The translations under genes and the position numbers were made by a program. A stretch of DNA of 64,000 bases from an uncultured virus (IMG/VR IMGVR_UViG_3300012347_000246) (taxonomy: Duplodnaviria; Heunggongvirae; Uroviricota; Caudoviricetes), in the IMG/VR virus record IMGVR_UViG_3300012347_000246, one strand, 5' to 3'. The notes beneath the pieces were generated by a model. It made no database searches. It had not been told where the DNA came from and saw only the letters and a program-made list of their open reading frames with translations. Positions 8,281 through 15,829 of the stretch are shown piece by piece; positions within the stretch are counted from its first letter, which is position 1; every line of letters starts with the position of its first letter.

Positions 8281-8763
8281 CTACATGTTTCTAAATTGAA
8301 TTGTACGCCAGGCTTCAGGATCGGGTTGTTCATTCTCATCGTATGTCCAACCTAGTGCCTTCATCATCTTGTGCTTAACACGCAAGTTAGGTATACGTGT
8401 ACGTTCAGTATCACTGAACCCCATCATGATTCCAACTTCTGCTACTGCACCACTGCGACATAAGCCAGCCATACAGTGTACTACAACATTCATTTTATTG
8501 TCAAGTGCATGTTGAAGTAGTTTCACTATTTCATTTGCTTGTTCGTCTGTAATTTTAGCTTCGTCCGGAAACCCATCTTTATCTTCGGCATCTAAAAACT
8601 CGAAACGATGTGCTTCCTTAAAAGTGTGTGCAGGTGTTGGCCACCAACTCGGACACGGATCCATAATTTGAATCAACATAGAATTGTCCCCAGCATCATG
8701 ATGCAATTTCATCGGTACATCGGCTGCTGCTACGTTTTCAATCCAAGGCATTTTATTCTCCAT
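8281..8763 (-). CDS. Cys-based (PTP/dual-specificity) phosphatase
   Basis: VVVHCMAGLCRS CX5R motif. Confidence 0.85.
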   Translation of the reverse strand: MENKMPWIENVAAADVPMKLHHDAGDNSMLIQIMDPCPSWWPTPAHTFKEAHRFEFLDAEDKDGFPDEAKITDEQANEIVKLLQHALDNKMNVVVHCMAGLCRSGAVAEVGIMMGFSDTERTRIPNLRVKHKMMKALGWTYDENEQPDPEAWRTIQFRNM

Positions 8764-8803
8764 TCTGCATTATAACATCGATTCTATTATAACGCAAGAG
8801 TAT

Positions 8804-8880
8804 TGGTCGGTCCTGAGGGACTCGAACCCCCAACCTACGATTTCGAAGACCGGAACTCTATCCAGTTGAGCTAAGGACCG
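8804..8880 (-). tRNA. tRNA-Arg(TCG)
   Basis: Cloverleaf, loop CTTCGAA, CCA. Confidence 0.9.
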
Positions 8881-8993
8881 AGGTGAAGGTTTTAATGGTG
8901 CCGGGATTACCTTCAACCCCGTGTACACAGCCCATCCCACGTTTCGTGTACAGCGGACGCTGATATCTTCTCTTGCGAGTTAGTGGGTCAGCG
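8881..8993 (-). ncRNA. Three-hairpin small RNA candidate
   Basis: CGCTGA/TCAGCG, TGTACAC/GTGTACA and TGAAGGT/ACCTTCA stems. Confidence 0.45.
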
Positions 8994-8995
8994 AA

Positions 8996-9601
8996 TTACA
9001 TTGTAGGCGCAGAACCATTGCCGTAAACTTCTTCACGACGTTTCATACCCACAGTGCCACCCTCTGCTTCAATACGTTTGATAACGTCTTCAAACAAGAT
9101 AGGCGCAAAGTTAGTGTGCTCTACACATACACAATGGTATCGTGGATCGATAATTTCACCACCGTAGCCATTTGATTTCATTACACGACGATCATGTAAG
9201 TGACCGTGAATGTTAACACCAAAGCGACCTAACGACGATTCATGTAAAGGGATATGACTCAAGATCATTCCGTTCAATACATGATACCCACGCACATCAC
9301 GAAAGTGTTCGGTATATTCCTCTAAGCGAAAAATATCGTGGTTGCCTTTGATTAACACCTTGTCGCCATTTAGGCGGCGCATGATGCCTAATGCTTTACG
9401 GTTAATAACAACGTCACCTAAGTGATATACTTTGTCATTTGGGCGCACTGTGTCATTCCAACGGCGCACCATTTCTTCGTCCATTTCGTCAGGATTGTCC
9501 CACGGACGCAATTTTACGTTAGGGTCATCTTTACTCATAAACTTGCAGACACCCATGTGCCCGAAATGAGTATCACTGACTAAAAAACTTGCCGGCATCA
9601 C
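8996..9601 (-). CDS. Calcineurin-like metallophosphoesterase
   Basis: SDTHFGH, HLGD, GNHD, HGHLH motifs. Confidence 0.9.
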   Translation of the reverse strand: MMPASFLVSDTHFGHMGVCKFMSKDDPNVKLRPWDNPDEMDEEMVRRWNDTVRPNDKVYHLGDVVINRKALGIMRRLNGDKVLIKGNHDIFRLEEYTEHFRDVRGYHVLNGMILSHIPLHESSLGRFGVNIHGHLHDRRVMKSNGYGGEIIDPRYHCVCVEHTNFAPILFEDVIKRIEAEGGTVGMKRREEVYGNGSAPTM

Positions 9602-9678
9602 AGCCTCCTTATTACTCTATAAAGTACATACATTATAACACCAATTACAATTAAAGCCATTGCATGTACTCCTAATTT

Positions 9679-9755
9679 TGGTGCCCTGGGAGAGACTCGA
9701 ACTCTCAGCTTACGGCTTCTTAGACCGCTGCGTTTACCAATTTCGCCACCGGGGC
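9679..9755 (-). tRNA. tRNA-Leu(AAG) with short variable loop
   Basis: GCGGT-CTAAGAA-GCCGT; Leu-type D arm; CCA. Confidence 0.85.
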
Positions 9756-9770
9756 CTGATAAATAAACTT

Positions 9771-10325
9771 ATGAACTACGATAAATTCCGCCAACTCTTA
9801 AGTCTGTTTGAAGCCCGCAATCCTGATCTCGAATACCAGGAAACTGAGAAGCAAGTTATTGCTATCCTTAGAGGATCTAACAGCCAAGTATTCACCAAGC
9901 TAGCACAAAAAGTTGAACGCATTAGTCAACTTGAAGCAGAACTAAAAATCCTCAAAGAAGAAGTTAAGCAAAGCACTAGAGACGATGTAGCTGCATTGTT
10001 TAATGCAGAAGATGGCGCTAAAACTCGTATTATTCAAACTCTAAGTTTTATCTTGCAACTAAGCAAAGATCCAGAAGAAACTAAATCTCCAAAGTACAAG
10101 GACATCCTTGCTGTACTCGAAACCAAGTTAACTCCAGAGCTAATCAAAGTTCTTGAAGAGCTTAAAAAGACTATGGTTACTGTTACACAAAAAGAAGCAG
10201 GTCTTAAAATCAAGCCACTCGACGAAGGACAAGACGCAATGCTGTTCAATCGTTTAAACGAGTTAGTTCAAGACTGGGGCCAACGTTATGACCAAAAGCT
10301 AAACGCATTAATGCAACAGGTATAA
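9771..10325 (+). CDS. Hypothetical coiled-coil protein
   Basis: ATG just after an ATAAATA late motif; the longer ORF overlaps a tRNA. Confidence 0.75.
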   Translation: MNYDKFRQLLSLFEARNPDLEYQETEKQVIAILRGSNSQVFTKLAQKVERISQLEAELKILKEEVKQSTRDDVAALFNAEDGAKTRIIQTLSFILQLSKDPEETKSPKYKDILAVLETKLTPELIKVLEELKKTMVTVTQKEAGLKIKPLDEGQDAMLFNRLNELVQDWGQRYDQKLNALMQQV

Positions 10326-10327
10326 TC

Positions 10328-10747
10328 ATGAAGATCAAACCATTAAAAGAATATATCCGCGAAGCAGAAGTTGCGGACCGCCCACCAGAACTAGCAAAGC
10401 CTCCTGTGGGGCAGCAACAAGAAAAGCCAGCCGATAAACCAGGTGGTTTTACTGTTATGATTCTTAACGATGGTATGACGCCAGCTGAAGTAGTTATTGA
10501 AGCTATTGTTAGCGTAACTGGAATGAGCTCAGACGCTGCATTCACTAAAATGATGCGAGCACACCAAGGCGGATGGGCGCCAATTAAATCATATGCCAGC
10601 AAAGACGTTGCCGAGACTATTGCACATGGCATTATGCGTCATGCACAACAAAATGATCGCTACGATCATTATCGTCAACACCCACACTTCCGTAACTTTA
10701 AAGGCCCCTGGCCTCTTACTGCCGAAGTAATGGATGCTGCTCAGTAA
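10328..10747 (+). CDS. clpS: ClpS-like Clp protease adaptor
   Basis: VMILNDGMTPAEVV...MMRAHQGG...KDVAET matches the ClpS core. Confidence 0.8.
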   Translation: MKIKPLKEYIREAEVADRPPELAKPPVGQQQEKPADKPGGFTVMILNDGMTPAEVVIEAIVSVTGMSSDAAFTKMMRAHQGGWAPIKSYASKDVAETIAHGIMRHAQQNDRYDHYRQHPHFRNFKGPWPLTAEVMDAAQ

Positions 10748-10749
10748 TT

Positions 10750-10823
10750 TGGGGTGAAGCCGGGAATCGAACCCTGGTCCCTTGTTTCACAGACAAGTAT
10801 TCTACCACTGAACTAGCGACACC
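10750..10823 (-). tRNA. tRNA-His(GTG)
   Basis: G-1, loop CTGTGAA, C73, CCA. Confidence 0.9.
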
Positions 10824-10935
10824 ATAACGGCACTAAGGGCTTTCCTCTCAAGCGTGTGCCACACATATAACAGTAAACTATTTCTCATCTGTTATACATC
10901 CCAGTTGACTGCTGGTTCAGTGAAAATAGTTTTGA

Positions 10936-11047
10936 GTTAATGCGATGGGATTCGAACCCAACCATCCCGCCCGGTTTCGCTAGTTACTTGCCCTGCAAGG
11001 CTTTCCCTAGGTACTCGGGGCCGGTATGCCAGCCAGTACATCTCACA
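10936..11047 (-). ncRNA. tRNA-like element with expanded anticodon region
   Basis: TGTGA/TCGCA acceptor-like pairing; GGG-TTCGAAT-CCC; no CCA. Confidence 0.45.
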
Positions 11048-11084
11048 ACCTGTCGTTCAGTCTTGCAGGACCTCCCGAGCAGTC

Positions 11085-11513
11085 TCAAAAGTCTTCTGTG
11101 ATTTGACGTAGATCTTCTATGTTTTCTACGCTGCCGTCTTCGTTATATTTCACTGATCCGCCGTAGTATCCATTGTGGCTATTACGCACTTCAATGTCAA
11201 TGTACCCACGATCAGTTTTGATAGTCCAGAACGCATCCTGGACCACTTCGTGTCCTTCTTCTTCGTGATCCTCACCCCAACCTTTGTCTTCAACACCGGT
11301 TACTAGTGCCCCACGTAATAGATCAAAGCTGTTGCCTTCACCCAAGATAGTAACGCCGTTAATGTGGTTGAACCACACGCTGTTGCAGCAATCATTTTCG
11401 GTATCATAGCGATGAAACTTACCATCGATGGTTCTAACCACCAACGCCCAGCTATCATTACCCAGGAAAATACCGTTAATACGTTGTCCAACTAAATTTT
11501 TAAAAACGCTCAT
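11085..11513 (-). CDS. Hypothetical phage protein
   Basis: Clean ORF; DCC and HNGYYGG motifs seen in phage proteins. Confidence 0.75.
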   Translation of the reverse strand: MSVFKNLVGQRINGIFLGNDSWALVVRTIDGKFHRYDTENDCCNSVWFNHINGVTILGEGNSFDLLRGALVTGVEDKGWGEDHEEEGHEVVQDAFWTIKTDRGYIDIEVRNSHNGYYGGSVKYNEDGSVENIEDLRQITEDF

Positions 11514-11728
11514 TGCTGCTCCTTGCAGTTATTATACTGCTTTATTCTTTTTGAGTTGTTGTACAACTCCAGATTGTAGTCAAGTAATTCCCCTGGAATC
11601 GATTCACTTGTACACACGTTACAGACGTTCTTTTTAAAGCCTTTAACATATGGTCCGGTTTCGGGCCGAAAGGTGTATGTAACTACTTTAGTATCTTCAG
11701 ACCCACAGTATGCACATGAATGTTTCAT
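11510..11728 (-). CDS. YgiT/MqsA-type zinc-finger protein without HTH domain
   Basis: CAYC...YTFR...VKG...CNVC; AGGA RBS. Confidence 0.65.
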   Translation of the reverse strand: MKHSCAYCGSEDTKVVTYTFRPETGPYVKGFKKNVCNVCTSESIPGELLDYNLELYNNSKRIKQYNNCKEQQ

Positions 11729-11739
11729 AAAGTCCTTAA

Positions 11740-11816
11740 TGGTATCTCTGGCAGGAGTCGAACCTGCTACCCCTAAGTTCGTAGCCTAGTGCTCTATCCA
11801 GATGAGCTACAGAGAT
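11740..11816 (-). tRNA. tRNA-Arg(ACG)
   Basis: Cloverleaf, loop CTACGAA, CCA. Confidence 0.9.
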
Positions 11817-11828
11817 AAATATTTTACT

Positions 11829-12371
11829 ATGACACAACTATTCACCGAAACCGCAAGACACCATTCAAACAGCATAAGTCGTGCTAATCCAAATTGGCGC
11901 AACGACTCAGTTTACGCTTTCTATAAAAGCAACGGAGAAGTGCTAACTTTAGCTGAGTTAGTAAATAGTTTAAACCCGCAATCTGTCCTTGATTTTGGGT
12001 GCGGCAACGGGTTAGCATTACCTTCAATTGCAGGAGTTAATGCAAAAGGGTACGATCCATTTGTAGACGAATTTTCTACTTGGGAACCTGCTGTGTATGA
12101 TTTAATAGTGTCGCATTTTGCAATTTTGCACGTCGAAGATCAATTCTTCAGCGACACAATTAAAATGTTACGTAATGCATGTGGTAAAAATTTTGTTGCC
12201 ACGTTTGCTCTTACTAAACATATACCACATCGCGATACTGAATGGTATATTAATCATCTTAAATCCCACTTTACCATTGACGACCAGTACACTAGTGCGC
12301 CAATAGAATGGACTGATTCCAACAATGTTACTACTACAAAGCAAATAGTAACCATATGGTGTTCAGTTTAA
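11829..12371 (+). CDS. Class I SAM-dependent methyltransferase
   Basis: VLDFGCGNG, GYDP, YDLIV; start after ATAAATA. Confidence 0.8.
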   Translation: MTQLFTETARHHSNSISRANPNWRNDSVYAFYKSNGEVLTLAELVNSLNPQSVLDFGCGNGLALPSIAGVNAKGYDPFVDEFSTWEPAVYDLIVSHFAILHVEDQFFSDTIKMLRNACGKNFVATFALTKHIPHRDTEWYINHLKSHFTIDDQYTSAPIEWTDSNNVTTTKQIVTIWCSV

Positions 12372-12376
12372 GTTAT

Positions 12377-12453
12377 TGGTCCGTGTGACACGATTCGAAC
12401 ATGCGACCACCTGGTCCCAAACCAGGAGCTCTACCAGGCTGAGCTACACACGG
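12377..12453 (-). tRNA. tRNA-Pro(TGG)
   Basis: Cloverleaf, CCA. Confidence 0.95.
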
Positions 12454-12460
12454 ATAATTT

Positions 12461-12536
12461 TGGTGGAGGTAAGGAGGATCGAACTCCTGACCTTTAGCTT
12501 GCAAAGCTACTGCTCTCCCAGCTGAGCTATACCCCC
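12461..12536 (-). tRNA. tRNA-Ala(TGC)
   Basis: Cloverleaf, G3:U70, CCA. Confidence 0.95.
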
Positions 12537-12543
12537 ACTATGC

Positions 12544-12617
12544 TGGTGCCCCATAACAGAATCGAACTGCTATCCCCGGATTACAAAACCGGTGTTCTAC
12601 CATTTAACTAATGGGGC
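12544..12617 (-). tRNA. tRNA-Thr(TGT)
   Basis: Cloverleaf, CCA. Confidence 0.9.
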
Positions 12618-12704
12618 GAAATGCTTCCAACTGTGACCTTACGCTCTCTCCGTTGGCGATTGAGCAGCCGACATTCTTAAAGTCTTCTCGGAACTGACTT
12701 AAAT

Positions 12705-12780
12705 TGGCTCCCCAGCGTGGGATCGAACCACGGACACCTTGATTAACAGTCAAGTGCAACTACCGCTGTGCTACTGGGGA
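12705..12780 (-). tRNA. tRNA-Asn(GTT)
   Basis: Cloverleaf, GCCA. Confidence 0.95.
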
Positions 12781-12788
12781 ATGATACA

Positions 12789-12817
12789 ATTATATATGAC
12801 AAACATTACCTTGTCAA
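12789..12817 (-). promoter_or_regulatory. Consensus sigma70 promoter
   Basis: TTGACA-17-TATAAT. Confidence 0.85.
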
Positions 12818-12824
12818 TAAATTT

Positions 12825-12899
12825 TGGTAGCCATGGACAATTTCGAAATGTCGACCTAACGCTTATCAAGCGTTTGCTCTTCCTCTGAGCTACACGGCT
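12825..12899 (-). tRNA. tRNA-Ile(GAT)
   Basis: Cloverleaf, loop TTGATAA, CCA. Confidence 0.9.
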
Positions 12900-12914
12900 A
12901 AAAATAAATACAGT

Positions 12915-13118
12915 ATGAGTAAACCCAATCCAGGATTTGAAGAATTACAACAGCTCGGTTACGGAACATACCGCAACACTGTGAGCTATTCGTGCATCAA
13001 AGATTTCACTCTTACATATGCTAAAAAGACTAACGAGCTTTTTGTCCCCGACGGTCTTCCTAAACAAATTGGCAGGGGTAATCGGATTCGAACCGATGAT
13101 ACTAATTTCAAAGACTAG
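12915..13118 (+). CDS. Small hypothetical protein; 3' end antisense to tRNA-Gln
   Basis: ATAAATA-CAGT-ATG start like other plus-strand late genes. Confidence 0.45.
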   Translation: MSKPNPGFEELQQLGYGTYRNTVSYSCIKDFTLTYAKKTNELFVPDGLPKQIGRGNRIRTDDTNFKD

Positions 13119-13147
13119 TGCTTTAGGCCAGACTAAGCTATACCCCA
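13070..13147 (-). tRNA. tRNA-Gln(TTG)
   Basis: Cloverleaf, GCCA. Confidence 0.9.
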
Positions 13148-13160
13148 ACAAAATTAACCT

Positions 13161-13235
13161 TGGTACTGAGTACGGGAATCGAACCCGTCTTTGCGACTTG
13201 AAAGGCCACCGTCCTTACCGATAGACGAACCCAGT
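13161..13235 (-). tRNA. tRNA-Glu(TTC)
   Basis: Cloverleaf, CCA. Confidence 0.9.
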
Positions 13236-13243
13236 ACAAAAAT

Positions 13244-13319
13244 TGGCGCCTCGTAGGGGTTTCGATCCCCTTGCCTCTACAGTGACAGTGTAGTGCTCTC
13301 CCGATTGAGCTAACGAAGC
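13244..13319 (-). tRNA. tRNA-Asp(GTC)
   Basis: Cloverleaf, loop CTGTCAC, T loop ATCGAAA, GCCA. Confidence 0.9.
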
Positions 13320-13586
13320 ATATAAAAGCAATAGCGTTACTGCAAACAGAATGAACTGAGTGGCTCGCACTATCGCGGATGTTTGTGTTAAGTTGTTTGC
13401 CGCACAACCATAACAAAGCGGGGGTCTGTGTTTGTCAACAATTTATCTCATTATACGCCGCTGACAAGGGCGAGGCTCAGTAGCAGCATTAAACAATACT
13501 GCAAAATTTGTGGAAGTTCCGATAGCACCCATCGTCACTTACAACCGTTGAGTAACCATGCATCAAAACAAGATTACTATTTGCTC

Positions 13587-13672
13587 TGGTGGAGGCGACT
13601 GGAGTTGAACCAGTAGTGTCATAAGACGGCGGATTTACAGTCCACTGGGGTTACCAATTTTCCTACACCTCC
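13587..13672 (-). tRNA. tRNA-Tyr(GTA)
   Basis: Cloverleaf with long variable arm, CCA. Confidence 0.95.
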
Positions 13673-13681
13673 AAAAACTTT

Positions 13682-13783
13682 ACCATATGTAAACACACTA
13701 GCGTTTTACGATAAACTACGCTCCCGAGTTTCTGCTCAGGACCCCATAGGTTTGCCTATGTTTCTAATGTGTTTGCATATGGT
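13682..13783 (-). repeat. Conserved-stem RNA cassette 9 (66-nt three-hairpin payload)
   Basis: Arms identical to cassette 8 (13682-13699, 13766-13783). Confidence 0.9.
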
Positions 13784-13877
13784 GTAGTAACTGAGAGTTG
13801 AACTCAGAACGAATACTGTCATTTTACAATGGGTAATATTACCTCCCACCGCTGTATGCCCCTCGGATAATTACTTC
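13780..13877 (-). ncRNA. tRNA-shell RNA with aberrant anticodon arm
   Basis: GAAGTAA/TTACTAC-A-CCA; CTGAG-TTCAACT-CTCAG; extended central stem with no 7-nt loop. Confidence 0.6.
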
Positions 13878-13922
13878 CTACTCACATACAGGCACAGTCG
13901 TTACGCCTGTTTACCACAAACT

Positions 13923-13998
13923 TGGTACTGCGTATGGGAATCGAACCCATCTTACTAACGTGAAAGGCTAGTGTCCTAAACCGATAGACGAACGCAGC
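13923..13998 (-). tRNA. tRNA-Glu(TTC), second copy
   Basis: Cloverleaf, CCA. Confidence 0.9.
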
Positions 13999-14044
13999 AT
14001 TATTTCTAACATGTGTGTATTGTAACACACTTCTTCTTTTATTT

Positions 14045-14121
14045 TGGCGACCCCGAAAGGATTTGAACCTCTGACATTTGGTTTTGGAGACCAACGTTCT
14101 GCCGGACTGAACTACGGAGCC
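14045..14121 (-). tRNA. tRNA-Trp(CCA)
   Basis: Cloverleaf, loop CTCCAAA, GCCA. Confidence 0.95.
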
Positions 14122-14129
14122 ACTAAACA

Positions 14130-14205
<76 letters not shown>

Positions 14206-14215
14206 ATCTGATTCT

Positions 14216-14306
14216 TGGCGGAGACCGTGGGAATCGAACCCACTCACCTGCTCATCACAAGTGTACACCTTAGCAGGGTGCTGCATTACCGGCCTGCCCG
14301 GTCTCC
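14216..14306 (-). tRNA. tRNA-Ser(GCT)
   Basis: Long variable arm, GCCA. Confidence 0.9.
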
Positions 14307-14361
14307 AATGTTCTATTGTTACATACATTTAGATATGTGTCAACAGATATTTTTAAAAATT

Positions 14362-14453
14362 TGGCGGAAAGCAGAGGAGTCGAACCCCATCCCCGTTAAG
14401 AGAACCTGGTTTTCAAGGCCAGTCGCAGGACCATCCCCGCTGCATTACTTTCC
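14362..14453 (-). tRNA. tRNA-Ser(TGA)
   Basis: Long variable arm, enlarged D arm, GCCA. Confidence 0.85.
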
Positions 14454-14458
14454 ATATT

Positions 14459-14534
14459 TGGTGCCACGAACTGGAGTTGAACCAGTGACGCATAACTTTT
14501 CAGGCTATCGCTCTACCAACTGAGCTACCGCGGC
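14459..14534 (-). tRNA. tRNA-Phe(GAA), second copy
   Basis: Cloverleaf, CCA. Confidence 0.95.
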
Positions 14535-14542
14535 ATATTGTT

Positions 14543-14627
14543 TGGTGGAGTTTGTCAGGGCTTTCACCTGATACTGCCCACGTGAGTTACACGCAGTTTC
14601 GTCCTATATGTTACGTATTCAAACCCC
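14543..14627 (-). ncRNA. Ala-identity tRNA-like RNA resembling the tmRNA tRNA-like domain
   Basis: GGGGTTTG/CAAACTCC-ACCA with G3:U70; TCAGG-TGAAAGC-CCTGA; no standard D or anticodon arm. Confidence 0.6.
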
Positions 14628-14630
14628 AAA

Positions 14631-14769
14631 TAGGTTTTTGAGAGCCCAACTATCCTTCGGCAGGACTCACTGGATTGTCTCGTATGGGCAAGTTTAAACT
14701 ACCATAGCTGCAATGTGGCTTTGTCACATACCAGACGATATGCTATGCACTATGGGACTCAAACCCTAC
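14631..14769 (-). ncRNA. Stem-bounded RNA candidate
   Basis: TAGGGTTTGAGTCCCA pairs imperfectly with TGGGCTCTCAAAAACCTA. Confidence 0.4.
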
Positions 14770-14784
14770 GTCTATCTCAAAACT

Positions 14785-15038
14785 TGGCTTCGTTAGCAGG
14801 ACTCGAACCTGCGATAAGGGGCTTAAAATCGCGTATGCTGGGTGCCCCCCGTGTTTCCCAAAGTTACCCTCACATCCCCTCAATGCCTTATCTTACGTTC
14901 AAATAGTTAGACCTGTTCCGCACTTCCCGGACTCACAGTGTTTGGTTTTAAAGCCTACGCGATTGTTATCTAACTATCATACTAGCACATTATCTCATCT
15001 ACTCAATGCTACTCTACCTTCCTCTACACTATAACGAA
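14785..15038 (-). ncRNA. 254-nt tRNA-shell RNA
   Basis: Perfect acceptor TTCGTTA/TAACGAA-GCCA and T arm GCAGG-TTCGAGT-CCTGC around ~200 nt of foreign sequence. Confidence 0.65.
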
Positions 15039-15045
15039 ATAAACT

Positions 15046-15121
15046 TGGTGGAAATAAGAGGGGTTGAACCTCTGACCGTCAACGTATGAAGCTGCTGCTC
15101 TACCAACTGAGCTATATTTCC
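15046..15121 (-). tRNA. tRNA with CAT anticodon (Met or Ile2)
   Basis: Cloverleaf, loop TTCATAC, CCA. Confidence 0.9.
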
Positions 15122-15200
15122 AAATAAAACCCTTAAGGTTTCCGGCACTGGGCTCGGACATACGATAGAATCAGTATCTATATATGATCGTCATCCTTAA

Positions 15201-15279
15201 GGTATTCATAAACAAACTAGTGGGACGCTGCCAAAATTATATAACATATACTGATTCGTCTAGTTTGTTTGTGAATACC
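15201..15279 (-). repeat. Divergent conserved-stem cassette (20-bp stem, 39-nt payload)
   Basis: ggtattcataaacaaactag / ctagtttgtttgtgaatacc; shares the taaaca.act core. Confidence 0.55.
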
Positions 15280-15442
15280 CTGTATTTCTACAGGATATGT
15301 TAGGGTCGATACCCTAACCAGTTATTTGTACTCTGCTGTTACCGCCAGCATTTCATCCAACTGTCCGCCCGTTTAAAGATTATTATAGTGTTCTTTCAGG
15401 TCCTCGTTACCTGGCCATATAGGTCTTATTAACACTGTTAAA

Positions 15443-15601
15443 CTATGCGTAAGTTCGATTCAACTGTTTGCGTTTGTCAAATTCGATTTGAGCACGTTCC
15501 AACTTGTCCTGAATCAACTGTTTACGTTGTTCTGGGGTTAGTTCATTTTCAGTTACAAACCTTACCTCACGCATACGTTTTCTTAAATCAATCTTCTTCA
15601 T
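15443..15601 (-). CDS. Small basic helical protein, 52 aa
   Basis: AAAGGA RBS; MKKIDLRKRMREVRFVTENELTPEQRKQ... Confidence 0.6.
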   Translation of the reverse strand: MKKIDLRKRMREVRFVTENELTPEQRKQLIQDKLERAQIEFDKRKQLNRTYA

Positions 15602-15615
15602 AATTCCTTTTTACA

Positions 15616-15650
15616 AAACAAAAAACCCTGGGTGTTTAGTCCAGGGTTCT
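15616..15650 (-). terminator. Intrinsic terminator, putative attenuator
   Basis: AACCCTGG/CCAGGGTT stem followed by TTTTGTTTT. Confidence 0.8.
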
Positions 15651-15672
15651 TAAGTTTGTAAGTTACTTGTTA

Positions 15673-15822
15673 TTAACAGTAACCATCTCCCTCTCGAACC
15701 CCAATTCCAAATCCCTCTGAACTGCGATCACTTTTATTAATTGCAATCGTAGACCACAAGGCTGGCATGCCTAGTGTGGGCTGTTGTTGTTTGCAATAAT
15801 GATTAAAAGTGTTGTTCATCAT
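15673..15822 (-). CDS. Putative leaderless leader peptide, 49 aa
   Basis: ATG 7 nt after the -10 box; stop ~22 nt before the terminator. Confidence 0.5.
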   Translation of the reverse strand: MMNNTFNHYCKQQQPTLGMPALWSTIAINKSDRSSEGFGIGVREGDGYC

Positions 15823-15829
15823 AGTACCT

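Noticed and set aside
8881..8993. Hammerhead ribozyme
   Set aside because: CGAAAC is present but the CUGANGA core is missing.
14785..15038. tmRNA or group I intron-containing tRNA
   Set aside because: No G3:U70, no tag-like frame, and no recognisable intron core; kept as an unknown tRNA-shell RNA.
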